Part shown: positions 59,900-64,000 of the stretch, one piece after another | Layout: each line of letters opens with the position of its first letter | Position numbering within the stretch: the first letter of the stretch is position 1 | From: Nitrospirota bacterium | Lineage (GTDB): Bacteria; Nitrospirota; UBA9217 | Direction: 5' to 3' | DNA length: 64,000 nucleotides | NCBI GenBank assembly: GCA_963840455.1 | Contig: CAWIYV010000009.1 | Coordinates: 256,001-320,000 of the forward strand | Translations under genes and position numbers: made by a program | Notes under the pieces: generated by a model | Told to the model about the DNA's origin: nothing | Database searches by the model: none | The model's input: the letters and a program-made list of their open reading frames with translations, nothing else

Positions 59900-60543
59900 G
59901 CTTTGCGGTCGCCATCAAGAAGGTCCGGCGAAACCTGAGCGACTACGGGTTCGGGGAAACGCTCCGGAAAGCCCTCTCTTCGCTGGCAGGGAGCGTTTAT
60001 CTTGAACGGACCTATCGGATCTACCGCAGGGACCTGCGGACCGGGAAGTTCGCGGAAGAGGTCCCTCCGGGCATCGATCTCAGGGTCATCGGCGCGGGCG
60101 ATGCGGCGGCGATCAAAGACATCGAGAACATGGAGGAATGGCTCCAGGGAGCCGTCAAAGAACGTCTCTCGCGGGGTCTCTGCGTTGCTGCATTCGACGG
60201 CGAACGCGTCGTCGGTTTCAACCTGGTCGCCTTCGATGAGATTTACATCCCGCTGCTGAATATGACCAGACGGCTCCGGCCGAAGCAGGCCTGGTCCGAG
60301 CAGATCACGGTCGCGAAGGACCACCGGAAAAGCGGCCTTGCCTCCGCGCTTCGTCATCGCGTCTTTTCGGAACTGCAGCAGCGCGGATTCCGATTTCTGT
60401 ACGGCGGCACTTTGCTGACGAACGTCGCATCGCTTAAGTCTGCGAACAAGGTCGGATTCAGGTCCCTAGCTGATGTGCGGTACCAAAGGGTCCTTACCCG
60501 GGAATATCGCACGTACAGGAGGATCAAGCATGTCGTTCCTTGA
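59896..60543 (+). CDS. GNAT family N-acetyltransferase
   Basis: TVAKDHRKSGLA..NVASLKSANKVGF. Confidence 0.75.
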   Translation: MSFAVAIKKVRRNLSDYGFGETLRKALSSLAGSVYLERTYRIYRRDLRTGKFAEEVPPGIDLRVIGAGDAAAIKDIENMEEWLQGAVKERLSRGLCVAAFDGERVVGFNLVAFDEIYIPLLNMTRRLRPKQAWSEQITVAKDHRKSGLASALRHRVFSELQQRGFRFLYGGTLLTNVASLKSANKVGFRSLADVRYQRVLTREYRTYRRIKHVVP

Positions 60544-61987
60544 ACGAGCGGAGGAACTCCTGGTCGGAAGGGCTACCTTCCCACTGACGAACTATCTCCT
60601 CAACCGCCGGGGCATCTTGTCACGCTATGATGAGCTGCGCCGGTCGGAATGGTACCAGCCCGAACAGCTGAGGGAACTACAGCTCCGGAAGCTGAAGCAG
60701 CTCATCGCCTATGCCTACGAACAGGTCCCATTCTATACAGAACGGTTCCGTGCCATCGGCATGTTGCCGGGGGACATCAGGTCGCTCGAGGACCTCAGGA
60801 AGGTGCCGCCCCTCAGCAGACAGGAAGTGATCGATCGGAGGAGCGACCTGGTTGACCGGCGACTGAGTGACTCGCTTGCCGCCGCAGACGGCTCATCGCG
60901 GGGGCCCGGTGAACCCATCCCGTTCGCCCCGTTCCGGCGCCACAAGCTTGTACGCAATACATCCAGCGGATCCACCGGCGCGCCTACGGTATTCTATGAG
61001 GACGGCTCCCAGACAGCGCTCAACTGGGTCCATGAGCTCAGGCTCAAAAGCTGGTTCGGGAACCTGCCTGGCGCGCGTGAGGCGAGGATGGTCCGGCTTT
61101 CGACCGAGTACCTTCCGAAGAGCCGCACGCTCCGGCTCCGGAACCGCCTCTGGAACCAGCTCATCCTTCCCGGGGTGAACCTGACCGATCAGGACTACGC
61201 CGTGAGCGTCGAGAAGCTGCGGATGTTCCGGCCGAAAACGCTCTGGGGATTCACCTCTGCGGTTGCGGGCCTTGCTGACTATATCCGCAGGACCGGCATC
61301 GATCCGTCGCCCTGGGGGATCCGGCTCGTGGTAGGATGGGCCGCGCCGGTCTACGATCATGAACGCAGGCTGCTGGAAACGGTCTTTGCCTGCCCGGTCT
61401 CGAACATCTACGGCGCGCGGGAGGTCGGGCATGTGGCCGGCCAGTGCCCCGCCGGTTCCTATCATATCAACCAGGAGCACCTGCTCGTGGAGCGCGACGA
61501 GGATGCCGGGGCGACGGAGGGCCGGGAAGCAGGGGAGGTCCTCGTCACCACGCTCGGCATCTCGCCCATGCCCTTTATCCGCTACCGCATGGGCGACATC
61601 GGTACGATCGCCCCTTCGAGCTGCAGCTGCGGAAGGACGCTGCCGGTGCTCCAGGAGTTCGTCGGCAGAACAGGCGAGATATTCCGAACACGGGACGGAC
61701 GGATGATATCACCGAACTTCTGGTGCCGGACCTTTATGAACGTAAAGCTCGCCGGTGCCATCAAGCGTTTCCAGGTGATCTATCTCAGCGACCATTCCAT
61801 GCAGATCAAGATCGTGAAGGACGGCCTTTTCAGCAGCGAAACGGAGCAGGTACTGACCGGGCACCTGAAAAGGAATTTCCCTCTGGACATGGAGTTCTCG
61901 TTCGAGTATGTCCCCGAAATCCTGCCCCAGGTGTCGGGCAAATATCAGATGGTCGTGAATGCAATGGCCGGCCGACAGGCTCGATGA
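60530..61987 (+). CDS. Phenylacetate-CoA ligase/CapK-like adenylate-forming enzyme
   Basis: AYEQVPFY; TSSGSTGAP; YGAREVG; MPFIRYRMGD; GRT; SGKYQ. Confidence 0.88.
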   Translation: MSFLERAEELLVGRATFPLTNYLLNRRGILSRYDELRRSEWYQPEQLRELQLRKLKQLIAYAYEQVPFYTERFRAIGMLPGDIRSLEDLRKVPPLSRQEVIDRRSDLVDRRLSDSLAAADGSSRGPGEPIPFAPFRRHKLVRNTSSGSTGAPTVFYEDGSQTALNWVHELRLKSWFGNLPGAREARMVRLSTEYLPKSRTLRLRNRLWNQLILPGVNLTDQDYAVSVEKLRMFRPKTLWGFTSAVAGLADYIRRTGIDPSPWGIRLVVGWAAPVYDHERRLLETVFACPVSNIYGAREVGHVAGQCPAGSYHINQEHLLVERDEDAGATEGREAGEVLVTTLGISPMPFIRYRMGDIGTIAPSSCSCGRTLPVLQEFVGRTGEIFRTRDGRMISPNFWCRTFMNVKLAGAIKRFQVIYLSDHSMQIKIVKDGLFSSETEQVLTGHLKRNFPLDMEFSFEYVPEILPQVSGKYQMVVNAMAGRQAR

Positions 61988-62003
61988 GGGTAAAAACGCC
62001 CGT

Positions 62004-63095
62004 ATGAGCGACCGGCGCATGTTCGCAACATCAAGAGCGATCTCTCGTATGAGCACCTATCAAGCACGAAAACTATTTCTTGCTGTTGCGCTGATATTCC
62101 TGACCGCGTCTGCCGCGGTTGCCGACGGTCAGGCGCGGCTCGCCCCGTGGTACCAGAACCTCGACGCTGCCGTGAGCCTCAGATTCGACGACGGACTGGA
62201 GTCCCATGCGACAAAGGTCATCCCCCAACTGAACCGGTACGGCTTTCGCGCCGTCTTCCTCGTCAGTCCCGGCAGCGCACAGTACCGTGCACGTCGTGAA
62301 TTCTGGGAACAGACGGTCCCTGCGATGGGACACCATCTCGGCAATCATACCATGAACCATCGCGGCGCACGGACCATCGAGGAGGCGGACTACGAGATCG
62401 GTGAGGCAGCGCGGACGATATGGCGGGTCCAGCCCCGGGAATCCAAGCTGCTCGTTTTCGCGAGCGGCGGGGGAAAAAAACTGTGGGGCGGCAAGGAATG
62501 GGAGCAGGCCGATCCTGCCTACCGGCAGCTTGTCCAAAAATACCATCTGATCGATCTCTATGACGGGAACCATCACTATATCAGCGTACGGACCGGCATG
62601 GGGAGCGGGGATCTCTGCGGATCGCTCGACACCACGCTGGCGCGGGGGGGACATCAGAGCTACGCGTTCCATGGCATCGGACGGCCCTCTTTCCTGGAAT
62701 GGGTGAAGATGATGATCCGGGGGTATGGCATGACGACCAGTGAGGAGACCTTCTCCGGATTCCTCGGCTGCCTGGATGAACGCCGGCAGCGCTTCTGGGT
62801 GGCGCCGCTCGACGACATCCTCAAGTATGAGGAGGAGGCCCGGGACGCGGCGGTGCGGACCACCCGTTCCGACCGGCATACCGCCACCCTGCAGCTCTCG
62901 GTGCGCACGGACCCTGTGCTGTACGATCACCCGCTTACCCTGATCCTGCCTGACCAACAGGGGCGGATCGTGCAGAGCGTTAGGCAGGAACGGGAGCAAT
63001 GCAGGGTCTACCAGGATGCGGCCGGCCATGTCCTCGTTGATGTCCGGCCGGCAAACAGCGTGATTACCGTTACCTATAGCGGCGCGCGACCCTGA
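62004..63095 (+). CDS. Secreted polysaccharide deacetylase family protein (start uncertain)
   Basis: Signal-like LFLAVALIFLTASAAVA; SLRFDDG; HHLGNHTMNH; YAFHGI. Confidence 0.78.
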   Translation: MSDRRMFATSRAISRMSTYQARKLFLAVALIFLTASAAVADGQARLAPWYQNLDAAVSLRFDDGLESHATKVIPQLNRYGFRAVFLVSPGSAQYRARREFWEQTVPAMGHHLGNHTMNHRGARTIEEADYEIGEAARTIWRVQPRESKLLVFASGGGKKLWGGKEWEQADPAYRQLVQKYHLIDLYDGNHHYISVRTGMGSGDLCGSLDTTLARGGHQSYAFHGIGRPSFLEWVKMMIRGYGMTTSEETFSGFLGCLDERRQRFWVAPLDDILKYEEEARDAAVRTTRSDRHTATLQLSVRTDPVLYDHPLTLILPDQQGRIVQSVRQEREQCRVYQDAAGHVLVDVRPANSVITVTYSGARP

Positions 63096-63122
63096 GGTGC
63101 TGCCGGACCACGAGCGAACGAC

Positions 63123-63686
63123 ATGGACGTTCTTGACGCAGTAAAAGGCCGGAGAAGCATCCGGGATTTTCAGGACCGCCCGATACCGCACGAGACGCTC
63201 GAGGACCTGATCGAGGCGCTTCGATGGGCGCCATCGGCCGGGAACCTGCAGAGCAGAAAGTTCTATCTGGTATTCAACGAGGACCTGCGCAGTCGGCTTG
63301 CTGCCGCGGCAGGCAGCACGGCCCTCGCTGCCAAGCTGAAAAGAGCGGTAAAGACCGTGCTCGGGAGGAACGCCCTGTCCGCAGCTCCGCTGGTGATCGT
63401 GGCCTGCCTCGACCGTTCCATTGCGGCGCGGTACGGTGAACGCGGCGAGCGGCTCTATGCCATCCAGGACGTGGCCCTGAGCCTGATGAACATGATGCTG
63501 GTCGCGCACGACCGGGGGCTGGGCAGCGTATGGATCGGCGCCTTCGATGAGGAACGGGTAGCGTCGATCATGGGACTGCCGGAACACCTCCGGCCGGTGG
63601 CCCTGGTCCCGGTCGGCCATCCGGCGCGGGTGCCCGGACCTCCGGAACGGCTGCCGCGGGAACAGGCTGTCGAGTTCGTGCGCTGA
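63123..63686 (+). CDS. Nitroreductase family protein
   Basis: RRSIRDF; WAPSAGNLQ; GLGSVWIGAF; PVGHP. Confidence 0.92.
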   Translation: MDVLDAVKGRRSIRDFQDRPIPHETLEDLIEALRWAPSAGNLQSRKFYLVFNEDLRSRLAAAAGSTALAAKLKRAVKTVLGRNALSAAPLVIVACLDRSIAARYGERGERLYAIQDVALSLMNMMLVAHDRGLGSVWIGAFDEERVASIMGLPEHLRPVALVPVGHPARVPGPPERLPREQAVEFVR

Positions 63687-63728
63687 AGGCAGGCAGGCCA
63701 GAAGACCTGCATGCCGGAAAGGTGGTCA

Positions 63729-64000
63729 ATGGAGACAAGGATCGTTGCAGAGAAAGAAAAAAATGCGTGGGAACAGTATGTCCGAAATCATCCGGGCTCG
63801 ATCGCGTGGCAAAGTTATGATTGGTTTTCGGTCGTGCGGAAGCATTACGCTGTGGACTTCATTCCGCTGGCGGTCATGAACGGATCGGGCATCACCGGCG
63901 TCCTTCCCCTTTACCGGATCGGCTCGTCGCAAGGAAAGAACATGCTGATCTCCGTTCCCTATGCAGTGGCGGGCGGCATCCTGGCTGACAACGAGGAGGC
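63729..64000 (+). CDS. FemAB-related protein (XrtA/PEP-CTERM EPS type), 3'-partial
   Basis: Manual translation METRIVAEKEKNAWEQYVRNHP..W..GITGVLPL..LISVPYAVAGGILAD runs off the window end. Confidence 0.75.
   Translation, partial: METRIVAEKEKNAWEQYVRNHPGSIAWQSYDWFSVVRKHYAVDFIPLAVMNGSGITGVLPLYRIGSSQGKNMLISVPYAVAGGILADNEE

Overview
GC-rich (~60%) bacterial DNA. Gene content suggests a Nitrospirota- or Geobacter-like diderm; this is inference. The window reads as a surface-attachment/biofilm region controlled by cyclic dinucleotides. (1) A broken DinG-type helicase. (2) A + strand operon: beta-helix adhesin, REC-GAF-HD-GYP protein, three small secreted DUF11-like subunits (two near-identical tandem copies), a 1985-aa DUF11/OmpA/beta-barrel protein, a FecR-domain protein, a HAMP histidine kinase and two REC-GGDEF proteins. 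(3) Three GEMM-I riboswitches, one with the A20 cGAMP-type signature, an FAD oxidoreductase and a Big_2-repeat lipoprotein. (4) A minus-strand operon: giant NHL/Ig/dockerin protein, two cohesin-like proteins, glmS. (5) A long XrtA/PEP-CTERM-type exopolysaccharide cluster containing a giant Ig-repeat lipoprotein and a priming glycosyltransferase fused to a degenerate GGDEF domain. Top hypothesis: the DUF11 operon encodes a Gram-negative pilus polymerised by donor-hairpin complementation with intermolecular Lys-Asn isopeptide bonds. In this model the tip adhesin is acceptor only, the shaft pilins are donor plus acceptor, and the outer-membrane anchor provides the terminal donor. Several single-base frameshifts, especially at 35.5-36.8 kb, look like sequencing or consensus errors. 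All domain calls come from motif reading, not database searches.
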